Shown here: positions 8,961 to 18,680 of the stretch, one piece after another
How the letters are laid out: the number at the start of each line of letters is the position of its first letter
Position numbering within the stretch: the first letter of the stretch is position 1
From: Candidatus Bathyarchaeia archaeon
Lineage (GTDB): Archaea; Thermoproteota; Bathyarchaeia; 40CM-2-53-6
Direction of reading: 5' to 3'
DNA: 64,000 bases
Assembly: GCA_050013255.1 (NCBI GenBank)
Contig: JBEKFP010000001.1
Coordinates: forward strand, 320,001-384,000
Translations under genes and position numbers: made by a program
Notes under the pieces: model-generated
Databases searched by the model: none
What the model saw: only the letters and a program-made list of their open reading frames with translations
What the model was told of the DNA's origin: nothing

Positions 8961-10424
8961 ATGCGTTTCACCACAGGTGCCTTCTCGCGCATCGTATTCA
9001 TGCTAATGCTCTTAGCTCCGGTACTATTGATACTGCCTGCCGAATCTAATGCAAGCTTGGCGCCGTGCACCGGGCTGCAGTGTAAGCTTCAACCCTACAC
9101 AGAAATTCCGAGCCCAACGACAATCGCGACCTGTGACCCACTCGTCTATGTCGTACAGGAGGTTTATGATAAGGTCAAGATCACAGGATTCACAGTGGAC
9201 AAGGCAATTTATCGCCCGGGCGAATCATTGGCATACTCCGGACACGTGCAGGTTAGCGAGGACATACAATACGTGAATTGCTATGGGCAAAGCTACATGG
9301 GGAATCAAGAGGTCTCGCCTAGCCAATCAAAGGTGCAAGTTCAGCTTCTTGGCGGAAAGTTCGCGCTAACGCCCTCGTCAGACGGTTCTTTTAGTGGAAC
9401 TTATTCAATCCCATTTACCGAACCATCGGCTGACTACACTGCCATTGCAACGGCAACATTTGGAACTGCAACCGATAGCGCATCAGCCTCCTTCCGAGTT
9501 GAAGCATACCAACCAGTTCTAAGCATCACCTACGCGACGTCAGCCCTAGCGGCATTTCCGGGAGAAGGCATTATCCTCGTAGGCAACGGATGGATTCCAA
9601 ACATGCAGGTTACTGTTTACGTGGATGATAATTTCACAACCGCCTCAGATTCAACGGGCCACTTTGCCCTAACAATTCCCGTTCCATTAGAACAACCATA
9701 CCAAGAAGGCATGCACAACATCACGGTAACGCAAGCCAACCTTGTGATGGCGCAGAGCTTTTCGATTAGGTACCACCAACTCATCATAACCCTAAGCAAC
9801 TTAGCCCCCATCGCGCAGGGCGACGATTTTGCCGCTTCGGGAAATGTAACAGCAACCGAAACGGGGAAAGGTGTTGCTGGAGCTAATGTAACAATCCTCT
9901 TCATGGGCAAACAATTCAATGCCACCACAGACGATAAGGGCTACTTCAAAACGAATGCGATTGGGACAGACCCATCCATCAAACCCGGTTCGTATGACAT
10001 CGTAGCTAATGCCACCCGCCGCGGATTCAGGGCATCACAGAATGCAACGCAAGAGTTCAAGGTGATACCAAAGCTAAACCTCCCCGCGGTGACGGTTGCA
10101 GTTGCCTCAGGTGCAGCCGTTGGCGCAGCTTTGTCGTTAAGGGGAAAGCTCCAAAAGCCCTCATCGAAGGCGCCCTCCCTCGGGCCTGGAACAGGTTCAC
10201 AACCTTCTGTCGTGCCAGGTTCTGAGCAAGTTGTTTCCAAAATCGGCCCAGGGGGTCAGCCGAGCATCGGCCCCGGCCTGTCCAAGAGCACTCAGCTTGG
10301 ACAGAGGCAAATTCAACTAGGCCCGCTGCAAGGGCCACGAGCGTCTGAGTTTTGCATCCACTGCGGCTCGAGCATTACACGCGGATCTAAGAAATGTCCC
10401 GACTGCGGAATACGGCTAAGGTAG
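8961..10424 (+). CDS. Membrane-anchored surface protein: Ig-like/carboxypeptidase-regulatory-like domains, TM, cytoplasmic zinc ribbon
   Basis: Signal peptide (likely ATG 8961), beta-rich domains (GVAGANVTI...TTDDKGYF), TM, Pro/Gly/Ser linker, CIHCG...CPDCG. Confidence 0.8.
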   Translation: MRFTTGAFSRIVFMLMLLAPVLLILPAESNASLAPCTGLQCKLQPYTEIPSPTTIATCDPLVYVVQEVYDKVKITGFTVDKAIYRPGESLAYSGHVQVSEDIQYVNCYGQSYMGNQEVSPSQSKVQVQLLGGKFALTPSSDGSFSGTYSIPFTEPSADYTAIATATFGTATDSASASFRVEAYQPVLSITYATSALAAFPGEGIILVGNGWIPNMQVTVYVDDNFTTASDSTGHFALTIPVPLEQPYQEGMHNITVTQANLVMAQSFSIRYHQLIITLSNLAPIAQGDDFAASGNVTATETGKGVAGANVTILFMGKQFNATTDDKGYFKTNAIGTDPSIKPGSYDIVANATRRGFRASQNATQEFKVIPKLNLPAVTVAVASGAAVGAALSLRGKLQKPSSKAPSLGPGTGSQPSVVPGSEQVVSKIGPGGQPSIGPGLSKSTQLGQRQIQLGPLQGPRASEFCIHCGSSITRGSKKCPDCGIRLR

Positions 10425-10432
10425 ATGTAGCT

Positions 10433-11899
10433 ATGCCACTAGGAAGGCGCTTATGTTTTGTGACCTTATTTTTCGTTCTGCTTAGTCTCGCTGTTTTATG
10501 CTCGCCCGCACGTGCACAATCAGGCGCAACCTTTCAGTTCAACTCAATTAAGGTCACCGTGGACGTTGCCTCTCCAAGGCTCGCGCATGTAACCAGGGAG
10601 GTGTCGATACTTTTCCAATCGGGAAATTGGACCTACCTCGATTGGGGGCTATGGTACCAAGGAAAAACAGTGACGATGAGCAAGGTATTTGACAACGCAG
10701 GAAACTTGGGTTTTGTTTATCCTACGCCAGCCTCGCCATCTGACCAGCCTGTCCTGCGAATTCTCTTCCCCAAGACTTTCACGAGCGGCGAAGTTTACAA
10801 TTTCACCTACGCCTATGATGTTAGCTCGGACCAAGATTCATTCACCTGGAGCGAAACCCTCGACTCGTCTCAAATCCTCATCCAATCACTAACCGTGACA
10901 ATCAAACTCCCCATCGGTTACCGCACGACGGGTGCGCAACCAACTTCAGCTGCGGTAACTCAGGGACAGGACGGTAGGAACTCCGTAACCTGGACCGGAA
11001 CAAACCTGTCAGGGATACCATCTGTTGGGCTCGCACTGGGATTCAACGCGGAATCTACTCCTTCGGTATACAACCCGGCAAGCCTATTGCCATACGTTGG
11101 CGCGGTCGCAGCATTCGCCAGCCTTGGAGTGTATGGATTCAGAAGATTCCAAACTTCCAAGAAACGCCGCGTCGAACCAGAGGTAGTGCTGGAAAGTAAA
11201 GCGAAAGAGCTTGCTGCGCAAGCGCCCCGCGAAACAGTACCTACCGGCCTTCCGGTCCTGGACTATCTGCTGAAAGGCGGATTACCAATAGCAAGCGCGA
11301 CACTACTCACCTCTCCGGCCAGTGACGAACGGGAAAACATAATCCGCAGATTCCTAGAGGCTGGAGCCAAGATGGGAGGGCGGAACGTCTACTTGACGAG
11401 GGATTTCTCAAAGGCCACCGACCTACTGACCTCTTACCCCTCGAGCCTTTCGGCTGTAGTTACAAGGAGCGAGGACCTAGCGCAAAAGCTTCCAAACGTC
11501 CGCTTCAGCACAAAATTGGAAAACCTCACGGCCATCAATATCGACCTAATGACCCTCCTACAAGGCTCTTCGTCAGAGGCAGCTGCCGATTCCAAGCGGC
11601 TATGCATCGATGTTCTTGACGATATGCTGCTTATTCACAAGAGCCTGGTCACACGAAAGTGGCTGACGGAAACCCTCCGCAGGGTCAAGGCTCTCGGCTT
11701 TACAGTCTTAGCCACCCTGAACCCGCAAATTCACACGCCTTCGGACATTCAAGCCATCCTCGAAATGTTTGACGGTCACGTTGAACTCAGCGAGAGAGAA
11801 ATTGAAGGAAACATGAAGAGAGTTCTACACATTCGCAAAATGTTCCAATGGAGTTTTCTAGATACCGAAGCCGTCTTGGACAGAGAGAAGACGTTCTAG
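10433..11899 (+). CDS. Receptor-like protein: ectodomain, TM, degenerate KaiC/RAD55-like domain
   Basis: Signal peptide; TM LLPYVGAVAAFASLGVYGF; TGLPVLDYLLKGGLP, FDGHVEL and RVLHIRKM; Walker A replaced by SPASDERE. Confidence 0.8.
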   Translation: MPLGRRLCFVTLFFVLLSLAVLCSPARAQSGATFQFNSIKVTVDVASPRLAHVTREVSILFQSGNWTYLDWGLWYQGKTVTMSKVFDNAGNLGFVYPTPASPSDQPVLRILFPKTFTSGEVYNFTYAYDVSSDQDSFTWSETLDSSQILIQSLTVTIKLPIGYRTTGAQPTSAAVTQGQDGRNSVTWTGTNLSGIPSVGLALGFNAESTPSVYNPASLLPYVGAVAAFASLGVYGFRRFQTSKKRRVEPEVVLESKAKELAAQAPRETVPTGLPVLDYLLKGGLPIASATLLTSPASDERENIIRRFLEAGAKMGGRNVYLTRDFSKATDLLTSYPSSLSAVVTRSEDLAQKLPNVRFSTKLENLTAINIDLMTLLQGSSSEAAADSKRLCIDVLDDMLLIHKSLVTRKWLTETLRRVKALGFTVLATLNPQIHTPSDIQAILEMFDGHVELSEREIEGNMKRVLHIRKMFQWSFLDTEAVLDREKTF

Positions 11900-11940
11900 G
11901 GAACAGCACGTGCTTGAAATCGATAATCGCCGAGACGTGG

Positions 11941-12453
11941 TTATCGTGCTATTATGCGGGATTCCTTCAGAACGTCTCCGTGCCCACGCGTGAAATCCTC
12001 GCTACTTAGTTCCTTGGGGTTTACGAATTTTAGGTCAGAGAACCAGTCTGGCCGCTCCACCTTATCCTTCAATGTCCCCTCGTATACGAAGCAAAGGTCC
12101 CAATGGGCGGCTTCGGGGTCCTTCGGATCCTGAGAGAGATGGGACTGGACCTCCCGAAACGTTAGCTTACCGTGCGCCACTCCAACTTCCTGTGTAAGAA
12201 CTCGCATGGCGGCGTCTTCAGGCTTTTCTCCGTACTCCAAATGGGACGCAGGCAGGGTCCACTTGTTGGAGGAGGCGTATTTTGGCGCGAACATTTCGCC
12301 GACGTAGAACCTTTCGACCCACACTTCAGGTTTAGCCATCTTCCCAACAAGGATACCACCCTTTCCCCTCAGAACGAGGAAGACAGAAATGCACGCACCA
12401 CCCTTCGGCACATGCCCTTCCATGAACAGCGCTTTCTTGATCATTATGAGCAA
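11941..12453 (-). CDS. NUDIX hydrolase family protein
   Basis: Nudix-box-like LPASHLEYGEKPEDAAMRVLTQEVG. Confidence 0.8.
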   Translation of the reverse strand: MLIMIKKALFMEGHVPKGGACISVFLVLRGKGGILVGKMAKPEVWVERFYVGEMFAPKYASSNKWTLPASHLEYGEKPEDAAMRVLTQEVGVAHGKLTFREVQSHLSQDPKDPEAAHWDLCFVYEGTLKDKVERPDWFSDLKFVNPKELSSEDFTRGHGDVLKESRIIAR

Positions 12454-12516
12454 CGGCGCAAGGCTACGACCCGCTCACAATATAAGAATTGAACGCAAAC
12501 CTCCAAGACTGGAACC

Positions 12517-14211
12517 TTGACCTCCGCATTCTCGCTAGTCGTGGAAGCAAAACCCCACACCTCAGTTTACACGATGCACAAATATTTCGCGCGAAGGCCT
12601 TGGAACGTCTTCAACGAACTCATCTCACACTATTCCACGGCGGGTGATATTGTTCTAGACCCATTTTGTGGCGGCGGGGTCACAGTCGTTGAGTCCCTCA
12701 AACTTGGCAGGAAGACGGTCGGAGTTGACGCTAACCCGCTGGCCACGTACGTAACGGAAATGGAATGTAAACCCCTAAACCTGCATTTCTTCCAACAAGC
12801 GCTCCTCGACCTAAGTCAAAAGGTCGAATTGGAAATCTCGCAGCTTTATCGAACCAAATGTGCTAGATGCGGGTGTGAAGCGGTTGCCGATTGGATTGAA
12901 TGGGATGAGGCAACAGGACGAATACTTCGGCTAAAATACAATTGCCAGAAATGCGGGACAAGCGGCAAGAGAACACCTAAACCGCATGATCTCAAGCTTG
13001 CAAAACAAATCAACGAAAACTTTGCCCAAAACGTTAGACAGAGGAAGCTGTGGTACCCTAAGACTCGAATACCAAGCGGTGACAAAACTAACTCTCTCCT
13101 GAGTAAGAACATCAATTTCTTCCACGAACTATTCACGAAGAGAAATCTGCTTGGGCTCTCCATTCTTTTAGCTGAGATTAATCGGGTGGAGGACAGAGAG
13201 TGCAGGGATTTTCTGAAGTTTGCGTTCAGCAGTTCATTGAAGTGGGCAAGCAAGCAATCCCACCTTAGAGGGGAAATAGTTGAGGGCTGGGCCATGCACG
13301 CCTACTGGATATATCCGAAAAGCCTCGAAATCAACGTCTGGAACACTTTTCGAAGACGAGCACAGGCAGTCCTTCGTGGGAAGAAGTATAGCAATGAACA
13401 AATAGGAAAATTCTTCGCACCTGCAGGAAACTTCAACGAATTGGTCACCGGAAACGCTTCTTGCCTCGTCCTCAACCAGAACTCCACCAAACTTCCATTC
13501 CCCGAGAACTCCGTCGATACCATCGTTACAGATCCACCTTACGGTGGTAACGTGAACTATGCTGAACTCTCGGATTACTGGCATATCTGGCTGAGCGAAG
13601 GAAAAATCGTTGACAAGAGCAGCGAGGTGATAATCAACAAAACTCAGGGGAAGGGAGTTGAAGAGTATGAATCGCTTCTTTCCGCCGTGTTGAAAGAGTG
13701 CTACAGGGTTCTCAAACCAGGCCGTTGCCTCGTCTCCACTTTCAACAGTAGAGACATACGAGTTGTGGCAAGCTTCGTAACCGGAGCCGCGAAGGCTGGT
13801 TTCACGCTTCACCCTGACGGGCTACTTTACCAGGACCCCATTCGATCTTACACGACAACCTTTCACGCCATGCAAATCGGCGCCTTCGTCGGAGATTTCA
13901 TCTTCACCTTCGTCAAAGAGAAGACCCGTCACGTTGCCGATTCAGGGCGGAGTCTTGTTGGGTTGAAAGAAACTTTGGCCGCCTCGGTTGCAGGTGCGGT
14001 GGCTGGTGAGATAACTGAGCCGCAGCTAAGGGAACAAGCCTACAGGTCACTCATCCCATTTCTCGCTGCCAACGCCTGCGTTGACCCTGTAGCGTGTAAG
14101 GAAGCTATTGATTTCTTTGAGGCCAAAATGAAAGAACGTGAACAATACTTTGGCCAACTCAGAAAGAGAATCGCCGCGAAAAGAAAGCGAAAGTTCAGTC
14201 GGAGAGGATAG
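12517..14211 (+). CDS. Amino-type (N6-A/N4-C) DNA methyltransferase with zinc-binding insertion
   Basis: HKYFARRP, motif I DPFCGGG, CARC...CQKC insert, motif IV TDPPY, ECYRVLKPG. Confidence 0.85.
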   Translation: MTSAFSLVVEAKPHTSVYTMHKYFARRPWNVFNELISHYSTAGDIVLDPFCGGGVTVVESLKLGRKTVGVDANPLATYVTEMECKPLNLHFFQQALLDLSQKVELEISQLYRTKCARCGCEAVADWIEWDEATGRILRLKYNCQKCGTSGKRTPKPHDLKLAKQINENFAQNVRQRKLWYPKTRIPSGDKTNSLLSKNINFFHELFTKRNLLGLSILLAEINRVEDRECRDFLKFAFSSSLKWASKQSHLRGEIVEGWAMHAYWIYPKSLEINVWNTFRRRAQAVLRGKKYSNEQIGKFFAPAGNFNELVTGNASCLVLNQNSTKLPFPENSVDTIVTDPPYGGNVNYAELSDYWHIWLSEGKIVDKSSEVIINKTQGKGVEEYESLLSAVLKECYRVLKPGRCLVSTFNSRDIRVVASFVTGAAKAGFTLHPDGLLYQDPIRSYTTTFHAMQIGAFVGDFIFTFVKEKTRHVADSGRSLVGLKETLAASVAGAVAGEITEPQLREQAYRSLIPFLAANACVDPVACKEAIDFFEAKMKEREQYFGQLRKRIAAKRKRKFSRRG

Positions 14212-14221
14212 CTACGCATTC

Positions 14222-14632
14222 TCACGTGGGCGTCGCCATTGACTCGCCCTCTTCCTGCCGTGATGAATCATCACTCCCGTAATCCCATGATAGCACACGG
14301 TCGGGCTTTAGCATCATAACGACACGGTCAGGCTGCTTAGCGGCTTCGGCTAACCATTCTTTTGCATCCTCTTTCCCGTAACGGAAGGAGATTTTCTTCA
14401 ACCACTCGTCTCGATTCTCCTTGAGGGCTTGAGCGTTGCCGAACGCGCATACCGCCACATAGGGACGCATGTCCGTTGCGATACTCAAAGCGACAGCGGG
14501 GTTACGCGTGATATGTTGCCCCTTCAGGCGGCCGAGGCGTGTTGTGAAGTAGAATATTCCATTCTGGTACGCGTACCAGATTGGATTCACACGCGGCTTT
14601 CCTTTCTTTGAGGCCGTCGCCAGATGTGCCAT
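14222..14632 (-). CDS. Pyridoxamine 5'-phosphate oxidase-like (PPOX/F420-type) protein
   Basis: AHLAT...PRVNPIWY...K..I.RNPAVAL; likely N-terminal helix continues upstream without a start codon. Confidence 0.8.
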   Translation of the reverse strand: MAHLATASKKGKPRVNPIWYAYQNGIFYFTTRLGRLKGQHITRNPAVALSIATDMRPYVAVCAFGNAQALKENRDEWLKKISFRYGKEDAKEWLAEAAKQPDRVVMMLKPDRVLSWDYGSDDSSRQEEGESMATPT

Positions 14633-14695
14633 TCGTGGTGCTTGCAGGAACTTTTCGAGTTCGGCCTTGGATAATGGAAACTCTCTTCCCTCTGG

Positions 14696-15223
14696 CTAGT
14701 CTTGAAGTTTACCTGGTTCGAGGCGGCTGTCGTAATTGCTTAGGGAGGCAAGCTCGCTTAACGGTTTGCGGTTCTTCCGTTTTCCGGTGAGTTTCTTGGC
14801 TGGGTACCCAAACCCTACAACGACGCTAGGACTCAAGTCATTCGGAATCCCAAAGTCCTTCCGCAGGGTTTCGAGGTTCAACCCGGTGAACAGGCAGGAG
14901 CCAACGCCAGAATTCCACGCAGCGATTTGCATATCCTGAGCCGCCCTGCCCGCGTCGAGCATGTGGAACCCAAATTTCGGGTTCGTTAGGACGATAACCG
15001 CGAAGTTGGCTTGAGCAACCCAACCGCCCGTGGTGCTGTCTTCGGCCAGGCGTTTGAGATTATCACGCCCTTGAACTAGGATGAAGCGCCAGTGTTGATT
15101 GTTCATGCCGCTACCGGTGAGGCGGGCAGCTTCCAGCACCTTCAGCTTCACGTCGGCGGGAACGTTTCTAGGTTCGAATTCACGCACTTCCAGTTTGGTT
15201 GCAACGCATTCATACGCATCCAT
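14696..15223 (-). CDS. Nitroreductase family protein
   Basis: VREF...LEAARLTGSGMNNQHWRFILV, DAGRAAQDMQIAAW, GYP, RKPL. Confidence 0.9.
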   Translation of the reverse strand: MDAYECVATKLEVREFEPRNVPADVKLKVLEAARLTGSGMNNQHWRFILVQGRDNLKRLAEDSTTGGWVAQANFAVIVLTNPKFGFHMLDAGRAAQDMQIAAWNSGVGSCLFTGLNLETLRKDFGIPNDLSPSVVVGFGYPAKKLTGKRKNRKPLSELASLSNYDSRLEPGKLQD

Positions 15224-15275
15224 CTAACTCATCTCTCCCCTATTGGGACAAATCGAGAGATAAACATAGAATGCG

Positions 15276-16562
15276 TTAGCCAGGTTGAAGGGCATTCAAG
15301 CCTGCAAAGTGTGCCTTGCTGCCAAGCTCTCTCTCGATGCTAAGGAGCCTGTTGTATTTGTTAACTCGTTCACCTCGGCAAGGGGCCCCCGTCTTGATTT
15401 GCCCCGAGTTCAAGGCCACGGCGAGGTCTGAGATTGTTGTATCCCACGTTTCCCCTGACCTGTGGCTTACGACAACCCTGTAATGATTAGCAAACGCCAG
15501 CTTCGCGGCATCCAAGGCCTCGGTCAACGTGCCAATCTGGTTGACCTTCAACAAGAGCGCATTCGCGGCACCCTCATCGATCCCATTTTGAAATCGCGAA
15601 ACGTTAGTGACGAAGATGTCGTCGCCCACAATCTGAACCCGACTGCCCACCTTCCGAGTGAACTGCGCCGTATGGTCGAAATCCTCCTGCTCGAAGGGGT
15701 CTTCGATGTAGCGGATTGGGAAACGATCTATCAACTGTTCATAGAAATCTCCCAGTTGTTCCGGGGACAACTCCTTTCCATCGATCTGGTATGTTCCGTT
15801 CCGGTAGAATTCCGAGGAGGCAGCGTCAAACCCTAAGAAAACATCCTTTCCAGCGGCGTAGCCGGCTTCGGAGATGGCTTGCGATAGGATCTCTAGCGCC
15901 TCGAGGGTTCTGTTCAGTGGCGGCGCGAATCCGCCTTCATCGCCAACGTTGATTGCTAGTTTTCCATATTTGGATTCGATGACGTGTTTGAGTTTGTGGT
16001 AGATTTCTGTGCCAAAGCGTAGGGCTTCTGTGAAGCTCTTAGCCCCCGCGGGTAGGACCATGAATTCTTGGACTTTCAGTTCCGTCCCAGCATGCTTGCC
16101 ACCATTGATTACATTCATGGCCGGTACGGGTAGGGTTCTACCGTTTCCATCACTGAGATAGCCGTAGAGTGGTTTTCCCTCAAGCCGAGAGGCAAGCTTC
16201 GCCACAGCCAACGAGACGGCTAAGATGGCATTCGCGCCTAGCCGAGACTTGTTCGGAGTTCCGTCTAGGTCAATCATTACATGGTCAATGTTGAATTGTT
16301 GCCGTGGGTCGAGGCCTTTGAGCTTCGGGGCAATCACTTCCTCAATGTTCCTTACCGCTTTGAGCACGCCCAATCCTGAGTAACGCTTCTGATCCCCGTC
16401 CCGGAGCTCCAGGGCCTCGTGCGTTCCCGTCGAAGCGCCCGATGGCACTGCAGCCCTCTCGCAAATGTCATCAGAATAGGCGGCTGCTTCAACGGTTGGG
16501 TTTCCCCTTGAGTCTAGGATTTCCCGGCCGCTCACTTTCGTTATTTTGAACTGGCTGGGCAA
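15276..16562 (-). CDS. eno: Enolase
   Basis: REILDSRGNPTVE, VPSGASTG, GDEGGFAP, LLKVNQIGT, SHRSGET. Confidence 0.97.
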   Translation of the reverse strand: MPSQFKITKVSGREILDSRGNPTVEAAAYSDDICERAAVPSGASTGTHEALELRDGDQKRYSGLGVLKAVRNIEEVIAPKLKGLDPRQQFNIDHVMIDLDGTPNKSRLGANAILAVSLAVAKLASRLEGKPLYGYLSDGNGRTLPVPAMNVINGGKHAGTELKVQEFMVLPAGAKSFTEALRFGTEIYHKLKHVIESKYGKLAINVGDEGGFAPPLNRTLEALEILSQAISEAGYAAGKDVFLGFDAASSEFYRNGTYQIDGKELSPEQLGDFYEQLIDRFPIRYIEDPFEQEDFDHTAQFTRKVGSRVQIVGDDIFVTNVSRFQNGIDEGAANALLLKVNQIGTLTEALDAAKLAFANHYRVVVSHRSGETWDTTISDLAVALNSGQIKTGAPCRGERVNKYNRLLSIERELGSKAHFAGLNALQPG

Positions 16563-16674
16563 TTGCGAACATCAAGGCATGGAAAAACGTGCGTGACATA
16601 ACAATCTTTGCGAAGCAATAATACGCACAGAAGCAATACCCATGAGTGATTGTGAAGAGGTGTACCCGTAGGAC

Positions 16675-18600
16675 TTGCGCCCGATAATTTGCTTGTTTTT
16701 GTTTGTACTCTTGCTCTTGGTGTCCGTTCCATTATCAGCTGCCCGGACAAACCCGTCGGCTTCGACGACAGACAACCTGAACGGCGTAGTTATTTTGGCG
16801 TCGAATAATGGTTGGGCTGTTGGGAACGCGGGGACAACTGAACACTTCGATGGCTCGTCTTGGACTCTGGTTGCTTCAGGTACTGGCTTAGACCTTCTCG
16901 GAGTCTCATTTGGGCCCCCGTGGGCTCCCAACTCGGATTCAGGTTTCGCTGTAGGTGGAGACGGCGTGACGGCTGTCGCCCTTTACAGGAGTCCAGTCTC
17001 ATGGCAATTAGCAATGGCTGGGCTCTCGGGGCCGGACGCGCGGAAACTTGGGGCGGTCTTCTCGACCAGTTCGACTGACGCGTGGACCGTTGATTCTCTC
17101 TCAGGTGCCTTCTGGCATTGGTCTGGGACGGTGGGGTTGGGGGGTGGATGGAACGAAGTCTCCTCAGCGTCGTCCGGCCTCAATTCCATCTATATGGTCA
17201 GCGCATCAGAAGGCTGGGCGGTAGGCGTTGGCGGAATCATATACCACTATTCAGGTGGGGGATGGATGTCATCCTCCACTGTTGGAACAACGCTGAACTC
17301 CGTTTTCATGGTTAACCAAAACGAAGGATGGGCCGTTGGCAATAGCGGCACAATTGTCCACTACTCGTCGGGAACATGGTCAGGCCCCTTCTCACCCTCG
17401 CCCACGAACCAGAACCTCAAAGCAGTTTTCATGGTGAGTCAAACCGAAGGCTGGGCAGTGGGTGCTTCCGGAACCGTATTGCATTACTTGAACGGGGCTT
17501 GGTTGCTGGCCTCGAACCAGTTTGGGACAAGCCAAAATTTGAATGCAATCTCCTTCTTCGCGGGAAATGGTTGGGCAGTAGGTGACTTTGGAACAATCGT
17601 GCCTTTGAGCGCTCAAGGGCTTCCCCAAGGCATTCCTGGGTCGACTTTTCAGTCCGTCTACCTTTCGAACGGTGGCGACGGGTGGATAGTCGGGTGCTCC
17701 ACTGCAGGTTGCGGATTTAGTGCCGGCGACCTCACGCTGCTCCATTGGAACGGCAACTCATACACTCGAGGCAGTGCGTCCGCGACCCCGACGGACCTTT
17801 ACTCAGTCTCCATGGTGAGCCCCTCCGAGGGGTGGGCTGTTGGCGGCTCGGGCAGCAGCCCCGAGATACTACATTACAATGGCGGAACATGGATGCAAAC
17901 CCCCGCGCCGCCCGTTAACGGGATCCTACGCTCAGTGTTCATGGTTGACGGGAGTAACGGTTGGGCGGTTGGAGATAACGGCGCAATCCTCCGGTATTCA
18001 GGTTCATGGGGATCAGTCTCCGCTCCCACAACGAACACGTTGCGGAGTATCTTCATGGTTAGCGCTGGTGATGGGTGGGCTGTGGGTGACGGAGGGACGA
18101 TAATTCGATCCCAGAACGGCCAATGGGTCCTTTACGCCAGCCCAACAAGCGCGTCTTTGAATTCGGTCTTTTTCCTGGACTCTAGCCACGGATGGGCGGT
18201 GGGATCCGGGGGCACGATCCTCTACTACAATGGTGTAGTGTGGAGCCCCGTTGCCGCGGGAGTTTCAGCAAAGCTGAACTCCGTAGCACAGGTGAACCCG
18301 CAGGAAGCTTGGGCCGTGGGAGATTCTGCGACAATCCTGCATTGGAATGGAATAAGCTGGTACCAAGTTTCGCCTTCCCCTCCAATCTCCGGCAACCCCA
18401 ACTTGAATTCCATCTTCATCTCGTCGAATGGTTTCGGCCTAATCGTGGGCGCACCCCAAGCCCCAGGCAGCCAAGGAACCATCCTGCGGCTTTCAGCACT
18501 GAGCCCAGTGCCGGAACTACTTAACCCACAACTCATACTTGCAGCAATAATCGGAATGGCGCTGCTCATAAGCCCAATCAGGCGCCGAAGACCCAAATGA
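16675..18600 (+). CDS. Secreted double beta-propeller repeat protein (YCF48-like) with PEF-CTERM-like tail
   Basis: Signal peptide; 14 repeats of L.SV.MV...EGWAVG..G.I.HY.G..W; C-terminal PVPEL, TM and RRRRPK. Confidence 0.8.
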   Translation: MRPIICLFLFVLLLLVSVPLSAARTNPSASTTDNLNGVVILASNNGWAVGNAGTTEHFDGSSWTLVASGTGLDLLGVSFGPPWAPNSDSGFAVGGDGVTAVALYRSPVSWQLAMAGLSGPDARKLGAVFSTSSTDAWTVDSLSGAFWHWSGTVGLGGGWNEVSSASSGLNSIYMVSASEGWAVGVGGIIYHYSGGGWMSSSTVGTTLNSVFMVNQNEGWAVGNSGTIVHYSSGTWSGPFSPSPTNQNLKAVFMVSQTEGWAVGASGTVLHYLNGAWLLASNQFGTSQNLNAISFFAGNGWAVGDFGTIVPLSAQGLPQGIPGSTFQSVYLSNGGDGWIVGCSTAGCGFSAGDLTLLHWNGNSYTRGSASATPTDLYSVSMVSPSEGWAVGGSGSSPEILHYNGGTWMQTPAPPVNGILRSVFMVDGSNGWAVGDNGAILRYSGSWGSVSAPTTNTLRSIFMVSAGDGWAVGDGGTIIRSQNGQWVLYASPTSASLNSVFFLDSSHGWAVGSGGTILYYNGVVWSPVAAGVSAKLNSVAQVNPQEAWAVGDSATILHWNGISWYQVSPSPPISGNPNLNSIFISSNGFGLIVGAPQAPGSQGTILRLSALSPVPELLNPQLILAAIIGMALLISPIRRRRPK

Positions 18601-18680
18601 CACTAACTACGCCCCCGATAATTCACACACAATTTTCTCTTAAGGAAACGTCCCAGTTGGGATGGGTCAGGGATTAATCG

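Noticed and set aside
16780-18480. Recurring GGNTGGGCNGT nucleotide motifs as a DNA repeat array
   Set aside because: Explained by the protein-level GWAVG propeller repeats.
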